A stretch of DNA of 64,000 nt from the human T2T-CHM13v2.0 reference genome, Homo sapiens, in NCBI RefSeq assembly GCF_009914755.1, contig NC_060944.1; one strand, written 5' to 3'. Below the pieces are notes generated by a model. It had not been told where the DNA came from and did not search any database. It saw only the letters and a program-made list of their open reading frames with translations. Within the stretch, counting starts at the first letter, position 1. Every line of letters starts with the position of its first letter. This document shows positions 39,331-54,412 of the stretch, piece after piece. The translations under genes and the position numbers were made by a program.

Positions 39331-40749
39331 TAATTCTTTTAAATTCCTTTTTCCTTATTTAGTTAATCTTCATCTTCATACCTTTAAACATGTATCTATA
39401 AGCATTTTCCAAAATTCTGCAAACTAATTTTTCTCTTTGACATCTTGCATTCTTTCTTTCTGAACATTTCAATTTTACAGTCTCTATTCTGTTAAAAGAC
39501 CAATTTGAACCTCTAATCTTGACTTGTCTTTTAACAGCAGAATTGACGGTTTCAATACCTTGCTGGACCCCACAGATTTATCTTACCATCTACTCCCTGC
39601 CCCAGCAGCAAACTCTGCCTCACAGGAACACAACATTCCCATCTGTGCTCCTGTATTCCTAAAGGCACCCTTTTCTCCAAGACCTATGGGCTTGAGATCA
39701 TAAAGTCATCATGCCGCCTTGCCCTAGACGTTCATGTCAGTAGAAAAGCTCCATAAATCCCCTTTACAATGGCTCTTATAGCCATCCTCTCTTTCATTGT
39801 TTTTACTCTAGTTCACTCCATCAACAACAATCAAAATAGCTAACTAACCAGTTTTTCCTCTGCCAGCGTCTCACTTTTTCAATCTATTTGTTACATTCCA
39901 GGGAAAATCTTCTAAAACAATAACAGAATCATGTCACTCACTCAGAACCATTTATCAGTTTCTTCTATTACAGAGTAACATTCTCACTGGCCTTGGAGAA
40001 CACTGCCCCAATTCCTTTATGCACCGTATTTTTTTCATGCCCCCAGTCTCTTTAGTTTCTACCAACACGCCAGTTCTGATCACTCACAAGTGTTTTTTGC
40101 TCTTCTGGCCTAACAGCCTACAATTCCTCTTCCTTCTCCATCTGTTGGAATTTTATTTATTTTCAGAGCCTCTCACTCTGTTAAGATCTTCCACGTTTAC
40201 TCACCTAGAATGAATCAAGTATTCTAGCAGTTTCCTATAGTATCCCCCAATTTAATTATTCTGTAATATTTATTATTATAGTAGGTCATTTTCACAATTC
40301 TTCTTGGCCTTTCCTCACCACAAGCTTCTTGAAGGCCAGAATTTACTTTTTGTTCCTTATAATATTTTCTTTCTTTTCTGTGTTTCCCAATCTATTTCTT
40401 ATCTAGTAACTTTTAAGTGCTCCTTTATTTATTTATTTTAATTTTGGAATAAATGCATGACTGGGGTTGGAGATTAGGGAAAATTGAATCTGGTGAAAGA
40501 AAGGAGCGAGTTGTCTTAGATTCTCAGAGGTAGCAATGGGACCATGGGACTGGTAGCAATGGTGGCCATGGGACTGGTCCATCCCATAGTTGTCTTTTAT
40601 TTGCTTCCCATACAGTAGTAAGTGAACACATGTTTTATAAGTTGGTCAACATTTACCAATCAGGATGTTTTATATAAGCATCTGGCTTCTCTTGAAATAA
40701 GGAACATCAGCAAGACTGGATTGGCATTCCTGGACGGTATATGGATGGA

Positions 40750-41259
40750 TGTGAGGTATGACAAGGTTTCTCTTCAAACAGCCTGATCAACCTTTTGTTC
40801 TTTAATTCCCAGTACCCCTCCCCATCTCTTTCTTCTTCTTTCCTTCTTTCTGCCTTTACTACATGCCCAGGCATGCCACAGCACCAGTGGCGTTATCAGC
40901 ACCAGCTCATATTCCTTTCCTTATTTGGAAAAGGACTGGCTCTCTAGCTCACTGCAGACGACCCCTTCCCGCTCTCCCCTCTCTCCCTTACGTGCCTGCC
41001 TTATCTAAAAAAAAAAGTTTAAATATTTAGCCAATCGGGTCTAGCTTAGATTGTGAGGTCTGATCCCAGCCAATGGGGAAAGGACACAGGGGCAGGATTT
41101 GCATCAGGAATAAAAACTTCCACTCTCCTTTGGTCTGTGTGCCCTCATGGCAACTGGCCATACGGGAGGCACCCCTCTCCACAGAAGTAAATTTGCTTTG
41201 CTGAAAAATCCTTTGTCTGAGTGCTCGTTTGCTTACAACTCTGAGCTTTATTTCTAACA
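40750..41259 (+). mobile_element. LTR10-family (HERV-I) solo LTR
   Basis: TG..'tttctcttcaaa', two CCAAT boxes, 'agaagtaaatttgctttgctga', ends 'tttatttctaaca'; TSD ATGGA. Confidence 0.8.
40859..40878 (+). promoter_or_regulatory. p53 response element (zero spacer) in LTR10
   Basis: ctACATGCCC-AGGCATGCCa, 17/20 match to 2xRRRCWWGYYY with both CATG cores intact. Confidence 0.65.
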
Positions 41260-42619
41260 ATGGAGATGAGCAACTGTAGCCTTCCTTGGGTTGGCACAGT
41301 CTCTCATCCTTGCTATAGCCCCCACCTACATCTCATACCCATGAATATTACCTACGTGACACCTATGGGCATCTGAGTCTGTAATCACAGCACTAACTCC
41401 ATGTGTGACCCTGGGCTGGCCAATGGATCCTTGGGCCTCGTGTTCTCATCTGTTCATACTTTATAATTACACAACTTTAGTTTATCAAGAGTTCCTTTTA
41501 TTTGTTTTTTTTTTCCCATGGATCTCATGTTTAAGATATTTTCTCCATGAAACAGCGCACCTATTGAACATATTTACATTGTTTCACTTACACTGTCCTC
41601 TTTTTCCAAAATGATTCAGATTTTAAACAATAGTCCAGAATTATCTGGTTATAATTATATTATGAAATCTCATAATTTTTATCATGTTTATTTTGCTAAC
41701 TAAGCAACAGTTAAGGCACACAAATAAATGCTTATGCACTGTTTGTTGCTATTGTTTGCTGGGGTTTTTTTAGTTCACTGCCTTCTATCCCAATCACAAG
41801 TCCAGTCGAGTTACTGTGACAGCCTGACATGGGCCTCTGGTATCAATGGCTGGGTCCACCAGGTCTGACAATTCCTGTGATACCATTAGGAGCCAGTCAG
41901 AGCTATTACAATGCTGAGTTGATAAAATTGTGTGTGTGTGTGTGTGCGCGCACACATGTGTGTATAGAGACTTGAGTAGCATGTGTGGTAGCCTTGTCGT
42001 GAATGTATGGATAATGCTTATTATTGAAATAACCAAATAAACAACTATAGACCGTAACATATAAGGTAAAATTTGAACCCTTTCCACTCTCAATCTCATT
42101 CCCAGTTATTTCTTTATTGTTTTGAATGTAATGGTCTAACCTTTTTCTTTCCCTTGTGTGCATTTAAAGAAACTGTGAACATACTATAAATTCTATCTTT
42201 TGATTTGCTCTTTTCTCATTACTTCACAATGTGAATTGGATATCCTTTCATTCCAGGACATTTTCATCTGCCTCATTCTTCTTAATTGCTTCCTATCATT
42301 CCAGTGAAGGCGAGTATCAAAAAGTATTTAGCTAGTTTCCTGCTGATAGACATTTAGTTTGTTTCCAATCCTCTTTCCAATTTAATGATCAGTTTTCTTG
42401 ATGAAGAAGGTGGAGGTAAAATAGTTATTACCTGACAGTGTTTCTGGCCAAAATGCTAACTACTGATAGGTATTTGAAAGTTGACTCCCTGTATTCTTGC
42501 AATATCCTCTGAATTATTCTGTATTCTGAATTATTTGTAACTGAATTATTCTGTAGTTTACTTTTTCCTAAATGAGAATCTGGACTTAATATTGGCTACC
42601 CTTTTTATTCATAAAGCTA

Positions 42620-42845
42620 ATAACTCAGGTTCTGAGCACTTATTATGTGCCATGCGCATGCTAAATACTTTACATACATTATCCCATTTAATCCTTCCAG
42701 TAGTCCTAAAGGCAAATACTATACTATTATGTCAATTTTACAGAAATGTAGACAACTAATTTGCCCAAAGTATCATAGGTGTTTAAGGGGGGAGAGTTTG
42801 AATACACACAAACCCAAGCTAGAAGCTATGCTCTTAACTTTGATT
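42620..42845 (-). mobile_element. MIR
   Basis: 'tgagcacttattatgtgcca..tttacatacattatcccatttaatcct'. Confidence 0.75.
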
Positions 42846-43075
42846 GATGAGAGCACAGGGTCTGTTTTCTCAGGGTCTATTTTCTTCCCTGAATCCTCGT
42901 GTATGTGAAACTCTAACAGCAGAGTGAGGAAGAGAAGAAAGGACTTCCCTGTGTGCTGGGCTAAGAGTGTAATCAGGAGCAGACTGTTCCTAAAAACAGG
43001 GTTGTAGGAGCAGCAGTAAAAGCTCATTTCTGTTACAACTTTGGAGACCCCTGTAATGCTTTCAAATTAGAAACT

Positions 43076-43441
43076 TTTATTAGTCCATGTTGTGTTGCTA
43101 TAAAGGAGTAACCGAGACTGGATAATTTATTAAAAAAAGAGGTTTACTTGACTCATGGCTCTGCAGAATGTCCAAGCATGGCAACAGCATCTGCTCAGCT
43201 TCTGGAGAGGCCACAGGAAGATTTAACTTATGGCAGAAGGCAGAGGGGAGCAGGCATGTCACATCGTGAGAGAGGGAGGAATGAGAAACAGGGGTCTCTT
43301 TTAAACAACCAGGAAAGGGCACAAACTCATCCATAAGGCACCCCACCCCATGACCCAAACACCTCCCACTAGGCCCCCACTCCAACACTGGGGATCACAT
43401 TTCAACATGAGATTTGGAGAGCAAATATTCAAGCTATATCA
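43076..43441 (-). mobile_element. MSTB-type MaLR solo LTR
   Basis: 'tattagtcc..gttgctataaagga', 'ggggatcacatttcaacatgagatttgga..tatatca'; near-TSD aaact/aagct. Confidence 0.85.
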
Positions 43442-43621
43442 AAGCTCTGCACCAAAGCTCTATGCTGATCTCTTGAGAACAAATTTATGCTTGTTGCAGA
43501 AACACAGGCTATAGTAGGGAAAGCTTTGGACTCTGAAGCTATAGATTTGCTGTGGACCAGCTATGACCACGGTTTCCTCCACCAGAGGATAAGGCTTGGA
43601 TCTTTTGGTCTCTGACGAAGG

Positions 43622-44570
43622 TTTTTATTTTGAAATAATTTCAGAATTACAGAAAATGTTCAAAAATAGTGCAAATAATTCCCATTTCCATTTACCTTCC
43701 ACACAGAATCCTCAAGTGTTTACATTGTTCCATGTTTGTTATGTTGTTCTGTCTCCTCTCTCCTTACACACACACGTATGTGTTTGAGTTTAGTAAATGT
43801 CATTATCATGTTATTTCTATTTCCCAACTTTTGGGGAATAAGATATGAACATAATGCCCTTTACCCCTAAATATTTCACTGTATATTAAGAAACAGAGAC
43901 ACTCTCATATATAACTGTAGTTTAATTATTAACATTAATAATAGTAATCTTATCTAATTTATGCACCTTGTTCAAATTTTGCCAGTTGTCCTACTAATGT
44001 CCTTTAAAATAAAATAATTTTCTTTTTTTTCTGGTCTAGGATCCAATACAAGATAACATATTACATTTTTTGTCATTTCTTTATAGTCTTCTAAAATATG
44101 GAAAAGTTCCTCACAAAACGTATGTTTGTCTTTTGTGACTTTGACATTTTTGAAGTGTATAAGCCAGTTATTTTCTGGAATATCCCTAATTTTGATCTTA
44201 GGATATCCCTAATTTTGATCTGTTCAGTTTTTCTCATGGTTAGACTCAGGTTATGCATTTTTTCAGGGAATATCACAGAGCAATGTTGTGTCCATCTTGG
44301 TATATGACATCAGGAGGCAGGCAATGGATGTTTATTTATCTCATTACAGGTAATGGTAAGTTTCAAGACATGATATGGATGGTATCTGCTCAATTTCTTT
44401 CTTATAAAGCTATTATTATCTTTTTGTAATTAATTTATATCTTTGCAGACATACTGTGGAGACATAATGTAAATATCCTGTTTGTCATCAAACTTTTTAC
44501 CCAATAGTTTTAGCAACAATTGATGATTCTTATGTGAAACATTATTTCTGTGTTGCTTATCAAATGAGTG
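43622..44570 (-). mobile_element. L1MC-type 3' end
   Basis: 'tttttattttgaaataatttcagaattacagaaa', 'tcatggttagactcaggttatgcatttt'. Confidence 0.75.
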
Positions 44571-45869
44571 CTGAGACTCTTGCTTTACAACTTTTACTTA
44601 CAAAGCGCTTACTGAACAATAATAAAAAAATTTTAGTCACTTCAGTGCCATGTAGATAAGTTCATCATTCAACTTGGATTAGCCATATTTAACTTTGCAA
44701 GGTCTAATTATGGATACCATTTATTACCGAGATTAAGAGTAAATATATAAGAAAGATATAGTTCTTAACATACTGTTACTTTAAATAGATTTGATTAGAA
44801 ATTTTGCTTTGTGAAAAACTACTCAAACTTCCAGTGTTAAAGATGAAGGTCATTCACATTGGAATTTACACTCTTTTAATGGCTTATGTATAGTTGAGGT
44901 CCACTTACTTGCCAAATTCAAACATTTAGATTCAAGGAAGAAGTCCAACTGAATTTCATGATTGTTCTCAAGGGGACAAATAAAAGAAATATAGACATTC
45001 AGCACTTCTTGGCTACAAAGTTAACCCTAGGGATTAACTTTCCACAGCACACGTAGCCTGTGCTCTCTCCAGCCCGGCTTTCATGGTCCCTACTCAGAGC
45101 TCAGCAACTCCACTGAAGTCTTCAGGAAACCACTGAATCATTTGGGTCAGACTGGCTTGACTGGGCCTCCTTGTGCTTTGCTGTTCTCCCAAAGCATGGA
45201 AAGTTTTAATCTAAACAATCATTCTTTAACTCATGAGCAGCTTTTCACCTCCCCCTTTGGATTTTGGGTCTGTCGCTTCTCTGTCCTATACAAAGCAATG
45301 TGGTAACAGGCGTACCCATTAAAACTCGTCCATATCTCTACACATTTAGCTGTTATCATTCCTACCTTACAAACAGATGGAAAACTGCAGGAGATAACTT
45401 GTGTGCATTGGAAGCCTTTTCTATAACTTCTACAAAGTTATTTTTCATACAAACTCATGTGTTCAACAACCAGTTGAGAAAAATCTTATAGATTAAATGT
45501 GAAATCAAAAGCAATGCAGAATTTCTAGAATTTGCTTCATTGATTTTGTCAAGTTATACATCTCCAAGGAAAAGGGGGTGGCCATTATCTTTTCCTCCAG
45601 GTCCTCTCTTCATTCTCTCTTCCCTCTAGCAGGGGGAAAGGCAGGACTTAATTAGGGAGGGCACTGATAGCTGATGATTACCAAACTAATGCTGGCATCA
45701 CCCTAATTGGCACCTAGCACCTTGTGTTGCTGAGTAGGAGAAATTTCTTCCTCTAATTTGTGCTTCTGAAGCATCTACAGATCTGGCAATTTGCCTTGTC
45801 TTCTTTTAGTGCCAGCAAGCACTAATTACTTTATTATTTGATTTACTTCTTAATGAATTGGTGACTTGA

Positions 45870-46640
45870 TTTAAAAAATACTTATTATATATTTGCTTGG
45901 TATCAAGAACTAAGCTATAGAGTGGAATACAATAACAAGACAGAATATCTCTGCCTTAGGAGGAAACAGACATGAGACAAATAAAATATTATAATATTCT
46001 ATATAGAGTATTACGGGACCATGGAGAAAAGAACGATTTATTCTGTCTGCAAAAATAAGAGAAGGCTTCAAAGAGAAAGTGATATTTTTGCTAGGTATTG
46101 AAGAACAAGAGGAGTTCCTCAGAATAAGAAGCGAATAAAGATTTTAAGTATGTACTTAGAGGTATATAAAAGTATAGTGTATTCAGACAAAGGTTTAGAG
46201 TCCAATGTGGCTTAAGCTAATGCCATTTGGAGACTACTCAAAGCAGTAAGGATAGTTAGGTAGAGTGTAGAATCAGAATCAAGACTAATGCAGGTTTCCA
46301 TTTAATGTCTGTGTTTTACTAGCATAGTATGGCCAGATTAATTTATTTAGTCTTTCTAACCCTGTATTATCTCATCTGTAAAATGAAGATAATACTCATT
46401 TCTCAGGGTTGTTGTACAGATTCAATGGGAATATTTATAAGGTGCCTGGCAGAAAGCCTGGGAAAGAGTAACTTTTTAAATTATTTTATTTTATTTTTCT
46501 TTTACTATGCTTTGGTCTACTTCCCCTACCAGGTAGAAAGGTAAGAATGGCAACTGACGAGCCTGGAAGTAGAATTGGGGCCCAATGTTGAAAGCCTAAA
46601 ATGCCTTGCTCTGGGGTGTAGATTTCATGCGTCTGGTCAG
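45870..46640. mobile_element. L2 (minus) with nested MIR (~46240-46490)
   Basis: 'gagaaggcttcaaagagaaagtga'; 'ctcatctgtaaaatgaagataatact..cagggttgttg'. Confidence 0.6.
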
Positions 46641-47671
46641 CTTTCTTTCAACAAATTAGATTTGCTTGAAGCTCCAAAAGTCTACTCATTTGGTTTCACT
46701 CCAACCCAAACAAATTCCATTTCCCTGAGAGCTGCCAATCATGGCTAAGTGTATATCTGATATCTAAATAAAATGGTTCACTGGAAGGCATGACTATAGT
46801 AAAAAAGAGAATGATGCAACTCAGAAAAGAAAAAAGAATCTTCAACAACAATTTAAGGAAGTGTTAATCAGCATTCAGGAAGTGAGGATTGAGAAAATAC
46901 ATATTGCCACACACATGCATGAACTTGAAGGACAAAATTGTGTTAGACAAATTGAGTTAGATCCTCAGTGATTCCAAGATCTTGCAGAAACAGAGAAGTC
47001 CTCAGATAAGGGAAAGGTGAAATCCAGTCAAGCAGAGAAGGGGCTTGGTGAGTGACTTTCCTTTTACATCGCACTCAGATAACAGAAAGGAAATTTCATC
47101 CAAACAGGAAGATCAACTATGGCTAGCCCGTTTGCACTATATCCCAAAGGAACCCATATGTAGTTTATGTGATCAAAGGCATTCAGGGGAAATATTAGAA
47201 TCTTTTAATAAAGAATGACCAATAAATAGTGGTCGGCATTGTTTCACTTTCCATATGTTTTACTGCCCAATAAACCAAAGAGAAAAATATATTTTCAGAG
47301 CAGAAAGGGGATAATAGAATAGGTAAAGACTTAGTAAAGTAGGTAAAGTAGGTAAAGACTTAGAAGAAAATTGTAAGAAATCCAGGTGGTAAATAAAATC
47401 TATATTTTAAATTGTTTTCTTATGCATATTTTAGGATCCATGATAAAAACTATGCAGTAATGGTTAACCTGTAGTATTAATGATGAAAAAAAAGGCATAA
47501 TTTTTAAGAACGTGCAGAGAATAGTAATGTTTGATAGCAAAAACATAAGCAAAAACAAAACAAAACAACAATAACAAAAACCCCTTTGCAGATAATAACA
47601 GGAAAATAGTTAAGTAAATTACTATCTCTCATTTGGTAGAATTGCATGCTGGTATTCAAATATGTTTTGCA

Positions 47672-48245
47672 GAGCTACCATTTGACCCAGCAATTCCATT
47701 ACTGGATATATATCCGAAAGAAAACAACTAGTTCTGCCAAAATGACACATGCACTCGCATGTTCATAACAGCACTATTCACAAAAGTAAAGACATAAAAT
47801 CAACCTAGGTGCCCATCAGTGGTGGATTGGATAAAGAAAACGTGGTACGTATATACCATAGAATACTATGGAGCCACAAAGGAGAACAAAATCATGTCTC
47901 TTGCAGCAACATGGATGGAGCTGGAGGTGATTATCCTAAGCGTATTAACTCAGTTACAGAAAACCAAATACTGCATGTTCTCACATATAAGTGGGAGCTA
48001 AATATCGAGTACTCACAAACATAAAGATGACACAATCGACACTGGGGACTACTAGAGTGGGGAGGGAAAGGGGGACAGGAGTTGAAAAACTAACTGTTGG
48101 GTACTGTGCTCAGTACCTGGTGATTGGATCATTTGTTTCTCAAACCTCAGCGTCATGCAATATACTCAGGCAGCAAACCTGTACATGTATCCCCTGAATC
48201 TAAAATAAAAGTTGAAAACAAAACCAAAGTGAAATTTTAAAAAAA
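47672..48245 (+). mobile_element. L1PB/L1PA16-type 3' end
   Basis: 'gctaccatttgacccagcaattcca', 'gcaacatggatggagctggagg', 'aaacctgtacatgtatcccctgaatctaaaataaaag'. Confidence 0.9.
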
Positions 48246-49497
48246 AATTGTTTTGGAAAGTAATATTTTAGTAGCCAAAGAGAATATCATCAAATAATCT
48301 AAATAAACAAAAAAAATTAAAGAGAGATAAAGTGACTACATATAAATGAAAAACATGCATCATAGAAAATGTAACAACGTTAAAGGAAAAGTGTCAGACT
48401 AGAGAGACTATCTTTGAACTATTCTTTGAACTATTTATTAAAACTACTTGTAGGAATTTATCCTATATACATACTTTCATATGGTCTTAAAAACACATAT
48501 GCACACTCACACTTTTGAGAAGATTGAACACTGGATATTTGACATGTAGAAATTGGTGTTAATTTGTTAAGATGTGATGGTGCTATTTGGCTTTGATTTT
48601 TAAAGTCCTTTTTTAGGGATATAATCAGACATATTTGTAGATAAAATAATACGATGACTGGGATTTGCTTCAAAATAACCCAGTGTTTTAAGGGCTTGGG
48701 GAGAAGCTGGTAAGTTCATAGATCAGATGATTTGATGATTGTTGAAGCTTTGTGATAGGCACAGAATGGTTTAGTACTATGTATGCTTTTTCTACGTTTG
48801 TGTATGTTGGAAGTGTCCTATAATAGAATTGTTTAAAGAAATATACAGAACCGTGTATATAGTATGCTTCTGTTTACATAAATTAAAGGAAATGTATGTT
48901 GTGTATGTATTTTTTCATTTATGCTTATGTTTATATAAAAACATAGCTGTAAGGATAGACAAGAAAGTAGGAACAGCAGTTGCCTATCAGGAAGATAGTT
49001 ATTTGACTTGGAGGTGTTTTAGGAAGGAAACTTATTGTTCATGGTATATATACATCTACTATTTAAATTTTCTACCAGTATCTGTATTCCATTATATGTG
49101 TGTGTATATATGTGTGTGTATATGTATGTATATGTGATACACTGACTTGAATATACAGACACACATACATATATAATAAAAAATGATTTATTCAAGATAT
49201 TAATTTACTGATTTTCTCTAGTACATGTATTCATCTATCTATGCCTTTAGTATAAATATTTGCATATATGCATGTTTGTATTTATACACATTTATATATT
49301 TATATGTTTGCATATATGGTGAAATTTGTGTATAAAACTTTTAAATATTCTCAGTTAAGATCAGAAAAAATTTTGTAATCTGCTTTTATCATTTTCTCCT
49401 TAATATATCAGTCAAAACCTGATTTTCTGAAAAGCATAAATTTCAAAAGTTTTCACTGAAAAAATGGAGAAATTTTGCCTTTTAAAAAATGATATGC

Positions 49498-49958
<461 letters not shown>

Positions 49959-50581
49959 TCACTATACTTCTGCCTACCACCACCTCTTCCACTGGGTGTA
50001 GTGGATGGGGAGGCTTTGAAAGAGATAAATGAATGTCTATGTGTATGTTGGATACTCTAAAGCTCAAATTCCTGAATGTGGCATTTTTCCAACCAAAAAC
50101 GCATATGAGCAGACTAATACATTTTAAAATATCAATTTTCAAAAATATTTTTTATTTCATGACTAAAACTCTTCTGAAAATCTGTCCCATAATTGTGTTA
50201 TTATTTTTTCACTCATCCCACTTATTTTGTGGGTCTAATGAGATGATATTTGTGATGCATTAGTTAAGTTGGTAATAATGGGTAGCTCTTCATGGAAATA
50301 ATGAATATCTAGGACAAAGGTAAAATATCATTAAAAGGTAAAATATCATTAGGACCAGTAAGTTTTACCCAGTGTCCTGTTGAAATTTACATGGTGAGTG
50401 ATGTCAGCAAAAATGGTGGAAAAAGTAGTTTCAAGGGCCTGTTGCTTTTGGAAACCAAGAAATCAAGTAAAAGCTGTCAGAATCAACTTTGTCAGCACGC
50501 TGGAAAACAGTCAAATGTTTACAGCAACCAAGTGAATGCTTAATCGAAAAAGAAAAAAAAAAGGCAACTTTAAAAATGAGC

Positions 50582-50710
50582 GGACAGGCACAGTGGCTCA
50601 TGCCTGTAATCTCGGCACTTTGGGAGGCCAAGGTGGGAAAATTGCTTAAGGTCAGCAGTTTGAGATCAACCTGGGCAACATGGCAAGACACCATCTTTAC
50701 TTAAAATAAA
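50582..50710 (+). mobile_element. FLAM / Alu left monomer
   Basis: 'cagtggctcatgcctgtaatc..cactttgggaggccaaggtggga..cctgggcaacatgg'. Confidence 0.85.
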
Positions 50711-53691
50711 ATAATTGTTAAAAAATGATATAAAAACTTCAAGGTACTTTTACATACCCTTTCTATACTCCCCTACCCGGCTTGGTAGAATTTTTGAAGC
50801 CCATGTTCCCAGTGTGAGACCGTGTCCCTGATTTTGTAGGGAGAAAGCAAGACTTTATCTATTCAAACAAATCTTGGGGCTTGCCTGAGGGACTGATGCA
50901 AGTTGTTTGTCTTTATTTTGCCTAAACTTGAACTCATTCAGGGTGAAAAAGCAGTGGGTATTTCTTGAAAATATTATAGGGTCAATGAACAACCTCCAGC
51001 CACCTGGGGCAAAAGGTTGTAGTTGAGGCAAATAATGAAGAACTGAAATCCTGGGAGGAAAAACTGGAAAGATAGTTTATCTGGGAAACTAAATCATTCA
51101 AAAGTGTCTGTATATACTGGAGAGATTAAAAACCACATGCACACCCAGTGCAGGACACCTGTTAGAAATGACATGAGAAGACCTTGAGCTATCAACTCAT
51201 GCTGATTGCTAGGCCAATGCAAGCAGGAAGTGAAGGTTAAGACAGAATTTTAAATAGCATGGCTAAGCAATCAAGGAGTGCCCTAACACAGAGCTAATTT
51301 CACCAGATGATTTCAATAAAAGATTCAAGTAGGTAGAAGAAAGAATCAGCAAACTGGAAGTGGGTCAATTAAAATGATCTCATTTGAAAATCAGAGAGAA
51401 ATAAGAATGAAGAAAAGTGAACAGAGCCTAAAAAACCTGTAATATGTATGTATATGTAATACACTGACTTGTATATACACCTAAAGCATATTATCATGTG
51501 CATGATTGGAATTACAGAAAAATAGGAGAGAGAAAAAGAGGCAAAAGAATAGCCAAAGAAATAATGGCCAAAGCTCTCCATATTTGGTAAGATGTAAAAA
51601 TCCACACATATAAGAAGCTCAATGAATCCCGAGAAGGATCGACACAAAGAGACTCACGGTGAGACACATTATAACCAAACTGTTAAACACTAGAAACAAA
51701 GAAACTCTGAAAAGCAACAAGGGAGCAGTGACTTGTGTCCAAGAGATGCTCAACAAGATTAAAAGCAGATTTCTCATTCCATGGAAGCCAGAGAGAGCAA
51801 AATGATATATTTAAAGTACTCAAATGAAAAGACAGAAACAACAACAATCAACCAAGAATTCTATATCTGACAAAATTATCCCTCAAAAATGGAGAAATTA
51901 AGACATTTACAGATGGACAAAATCTGAGGAAGTTAATAGTAGACCTGCCCTATAGGAAATGTTAAACAGAATTATTCAGGCTAAAATGACAGTAAGTTGA
52001 AGTCATATGTAGAAATAATGAACTCTGGTGAAGGTAAATGCATAGGTAAATGTAAAAGCCAGTATTATTTTATCTTTGGTTAATAACTCCTCTTTTGATT
52101 TCTTATATGATTTAAAAGGCAAATGCACAAAAAGTATAAATATATGGTTAATTGCCTCACAGTGCATAAAGATGTAATTTGTAACAATAACAACATAAAG
52201 CAGGCAAAAGCTGCATTTGGACACTCTTTTTATCTATTGAAGCTAAATTGATATCAATTCAAAATAGATTACTGTAAATTTAGGATGCTAATTATAATTC
52301 CCACAGTAACCACTGAGAAAATATCTTTAAAAAACACACAAAAAGAAATAAGGAAGAAGTAATAATGGCACACTAAAAAAAAAAAAAGTCAGTTAACCCC
52401 AAAAGAAAGCAATAATGAAGGAAATAAGGAACAAAAAAAGTATAACATATACAGAAAACAAATAGCAAAATGACAGAATTAAGAACTTCCTTATCAGTAA
52501 TTATTTTAAATGCTCATGGATAAAATTTTCCCAAAGGCAGAAATGGTCAGACAGATAAAAACACGATTCCAGAGATTACTTTAGATCTAAAGATAAATGT
52601 GGGTTCAAAGCAAAAATATGGATAAAGATATTCCATGCAAGTAGTAACCAAAAGAAAGCCAGGGTGGCTCTACTAATATCAGGCAAAATGATCTTTTAGT
52701 CAAAAGCTATTAAAAGAGAGAAAGAAGGACATTAAATATTAATAAAAGAGTCTATTCTTTAAGAAGCCATAGCATTTATAAACATATAGGCAACAAACAA
52801 CAGAGCCAAAAGATATGAAGCAAACACTGATGGACTTCAAGGGAGAAATAGATAGTTCTACAGTAACTATTAGAGATTTAAATATCCCACTTTCAGTAAT
52901 GGATAGAACACTGAAATGGAGACCAAGAAGGACATAGAGAACTTGAATAGCACCATACACCAACTAGACCTGACAGAGATTTTGAACACTCCATTCCACA
53001 ACAGCTGAATACACATTCTTCTCAATTTCTTCTGGGCCTGTTTCCAGAATAGACCATACGGTAGGCCACAAAAACAATTTTCAATTAATTTGAAAAGACT
53101 GAAATCATGTAAGTGATCTTCTCTGACCACAATGACATGAAGTTAGAAACCAATAACAACAACAACAAAAAATACTGGAAAGTCCACAAATATGTGAAAA
53201 ATAAAATTAAATAACACACTCTTTAATACCAATAAACCAAAGAAGAAATCACTCTGGTAAATTGCAAAATTCCTAAACATGAATGAAAATAAAAACACAC
53301 ATACACAAACTTACAGGATGCAGAAAAAGCAGTGCTCAGAGGGTGACTTATAGCTGTAAATGCCAACATTAAAAATAAAGATCTCAAATCAATAATCCAA
53401 TTTTGCACTTTAAGAAAGTAGAAAACAATAAGCAAACTAAGCCCAAGGCTTGTATTAAAAAAGGAAATAATAATTATTAGAGCAGAGATAAATGAAATAG
53501 AGGATAGAAAAACATCAGAGTAAACCTGGAGGACCTTGACTAATTCCCCTGACTAAACGAAAATGGTGATATTTCTATAGACCTACAACAAAAATATCAT
53601 AAGAGAATATTCGAACTATTACAGAACAGAGATAAAATTGACAAGTCTCTAGAAACATACAATGTAGCAAAACTGACTCAAGAAGAAACAT

Positions 53692-53755
53692 TAGTATTAG
53701 TGTTCTCCAGTGAAACAGAGCTAAGAAGATATCTATATCTCTGTCCATCCATCTA

Positions 53756-53799
<44 letters not shown>

Positions 53800-54237
53800 G
53801 TCTATCTATCTCTATCAAGATATTTATTATAAAGAATTGGTTCACTTGATAATGGAGGCTGAAAAGATCCAAGATCTGGAGAACCAAAAAAGTTGAGAAT
53901 ATAAGTTCCAGTCCAATGGCTTTTTGAGTCTGGCAGGCTTCAGACTCAAAAACAACCAGTGTTTCAGTTTGAGTCTAAAGGCAGAAAAATAGCAATGTTT
54001 CAGCTAAAGGTAGTCAAGCAGAAGGGTTTCTTTTTATTTAGTTTTTTTTGTACTGTTGAGGTTTTCAGTTAACTGGTTGAAGCCCAAGCACATTAGGGAG
54101 GAAGGACAGTCTGCATTACTCAGTCTACTAATTCAAATGTTAATCTCATCCAGAGACACTGTTACAAAAACACCCAGAATGATGTTTGGCCAAATGTCTG
54201 GGACCAGTCAAGCTGATACATAAAATTAGCCATCAGA
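53692..54237 (-). mobile_element. MLT2-type LTR with (TCTA)n STR (~53755-53815)
   Basis: 'gttctccagtgaaacagag', 'ttcaaatgttaatctcatccaga', 'cataaaattagccatca'. Confidence 0.8.
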
Positions 54238-54312
54238 GATATAGTTAATAAAACTAAAAGTTAGATCCTTGAAAAGATCAACAAAATTGTCAAATCTTTA
54301 GCAAGACGAAGA

Positions 54313-54412
54313 AAAAAACAGAAGTTGCACTTAATTGAAATCAGAAGAAAACAGAAGTTGCACTTAACTGAAATCAGAAAAAAATAGAAGTTGCACTTAA
54401 CTAAAATCAGAA
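54313..54412 (+). repeat. 33-bp tandem triplication within L1
   Basis: 'gaagttgcacttaa(t/c)t(g/a)aaatcagaa' at 54321, 54354, 54387. Confidence 0.9.

Larger units (their letters stand above)
40600..41390 (+). mobile_element. MER102-like hAT element split by LTR10
   Basis: 'ctggcttctcttgaaa..ggcattcctg' before and 'ggagatgag..ttacctacgtgacacctatgggcatctgagt' after the LTR. Confidence 0.55.

Noticed and set aside
40530-40580. Short tandem duplications (also ~42508, ~44180, ~47322, ~50318, ~61333)
   Set aside because: Ordinary slippage products with no sign of function.
54313-54412. 33-bp direct repeats resembling a CRISPR array
   Set aside because: Head-to-tail with no unique spacers, inside L1, eukaryotic DNA, no cas genes.
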